NCBI GenBank assembly: GCA_964188305.1
Contig: OZ076889.1
DNA length: 64,000 nucleotides
Reading direction: 5' to 3' (one strand)
DNA from: Podarcis bocagei
Lineage: Eukaryota
Positions within the stretch are counted from its first letter, which is position 1. Each line of letters opens with the position of its first letter. Under the pieces are notes generated by a model that was not told where the DNA came from, made no database searches, and saw only the letters and a program-made list of their open reading frames with translations. This document shows positions 62,432-64,000 of this stretch, in pieces. The position numbers were made by a program, and so were the translations under genes.

Positions 62432-63399
62432 CTAACATATAAAACAAGAAGAAGTGAGTTGTGTCAAACTTAAAAGAAAAGAACGGCATTTGCTTCTTGG
62501 TGTTAACATACAGGCTGAAGCTGTAATCAAGCGGGTTGCAAGCTGCACTGTGTGCCAAACCAGGATACTAGGGTACAGTCAACCAGGTTGAGCAGCCCTA
62601 AATGGCCACAGTCACATGGGGATGGAGCCCACGCCATGCCTCCTTCCCTGCCAGCACTGATCATATTTCTGAGAAGGGCAGTGCCAATGTAAGATGAGGA
62701 CAGGGCATCACCTCCTTCCATGTGACCAGAGGCTTCTGACATTTCCAAGCAGCATGGAAAAGAGCCACGCTGCAGTAGTTTTCATGACACTAAATTAAAT
62801 AGAAAGGGGCTTTGCTGGGAGGCTTGAACCCACCACAGGAAATCCTCATGCTGTATAAAGTATGTAGCACTGTTCAGATGTTTAAGAAAAATATGTACTG
62901 GAAAAAAAGTTTATTTTGGAACTTTCTGCACAACACTAATACAGTGTCTTACGTCTAAAAAGCAGCAAGGGGGAAAAAACAAGCTTTCTACTGCAGCAAG
63001 GTGATGAAAAACAAGCCTCTCTCACCTTCTGAGATTTCTATAATTTTAAACAGCAAAATGATTAAGTGCTGAATTGCAACAATTGCTTCACTTTCCTGTT
63101 TAATATTGTGCATGCTATTGTTTAATAAAGATGTTAATAGTACACAGTGGAACCATAAACTAAATGACAAAAAGCAAGAGATATGGCAGTAGATGATTCC
63201 AGAAACACATATTCCCACTGCATGGCTTCTTTCCCAAAACATAATTTTAACAGCTCTGCATGTAAAGTCTTTTGCAGGGCATCACTGCTCTTGCCATTTC
63301 TCTCCTCCAGTGAGCAGCAAGCTCCATGGACAGTTTAAAAAGAAACAAGCCACAGAATTCGTGATCAGCAAGCATTCATACTACTCCTAGCTCACTATT

Positions 63400-64000
63400 T
63401 GGTTTACATAAAATATTTATACCCTACATCTTCCACTGAAATCACAGCCTCCCTATGGCTTAGTATCGATTTAAGAATAAAACACAATAAAACTACAAAA
63501 CATTGAACAGCACCATAAAATACTGAAATGTAATCTTTTTAACCGGCTATCTCTACACGCTGAAAGAAGTGGAGAAGCATGCCTGGAACAGTGAATTCCG
63601 TACTCTGAATGCTCCTAATGAGAAGATCCAATACAGCAGAGGTATGGTAGAAAGCCTCTTTTAATGACCTCAGTGTGCAATTATGTACACAATCCCTCAA
63701 ACATCCGAGTCTAAAATCATTTGGGGCAATGATATGGGACCTGTGCTTCCTCCCTGCTACCCTGGATGTTGTTAGACTCCTATTGGTGCAATACTTTAAT
63801 AGGACGGAGCCCCCTATAACATTTTGTTTCAACTGAAATTTCTGGACCCTTTCGAAAGGCAAACCCAAAAAGAGTGTGTCTAATTCCAAAGCAACCAATG
63901 AATGTGTAGCTGTGGCAAGGTCAGCCTTTTCTAGGAAAAGCTGCAGTTGATACACCAGTTGAAGATGAGAAGAAGAGCCCCTGGCTGCAGCCACCTGTCT
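63400..64000 (-). mobile_element. Degenerate L2-type LINE in an MKNK1 intron
   Basis: ORF 63539..63994 retains L2 RT-downstream remnants (ADLATATHSLV..LD..FLGLP...QKFQL.QN). Confidence 0.6.

Overview
This is vertebrate genomic DNA, most likely from a lacertid lizard (Sauria/Squam1 SINEs, a Squam3-type SINE, BovB, and squamate-type L2, L1 and Penelope copies). Two protein-coding genes are recognisable, both on the minus strand. TMEM275 has a single coding exon at 10725-11273. MKNK1 is represented by its last six coding exons at 57903-62431. This matches the human TMEM275-(KNCN)-MKNK1 synteny block, but I could not find KNCN coding exons between them. The rest is repeat-rich intronic or intergenic DNA. 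The most unusual signal is a young non-autonomous hAT family with three copies (36913-37447, 41067-41597, 47318-47961). The copies share termini but carry different CpG-island cargo that resembles host first exons: one cargo has a RANBP9-like start, another a signal-peptide-like start, and all carry a CRE/GC-box cassette. This is a candidate Pack-hAT gene-fragment/CpG-island capture system. Other notable items are a TSD-bounded 2-kb non-autonomous L1 derivative with one 206-aa ORF, a 13-bp duplication of an MKNK1 splice donor that could give an MNK1b-like isoform, a tailless 7SK retropseudogene, and a minimal hammerhead ribozyme in a Penelope insertion. All family and gene assignments come from recalled sequences, not database searches.
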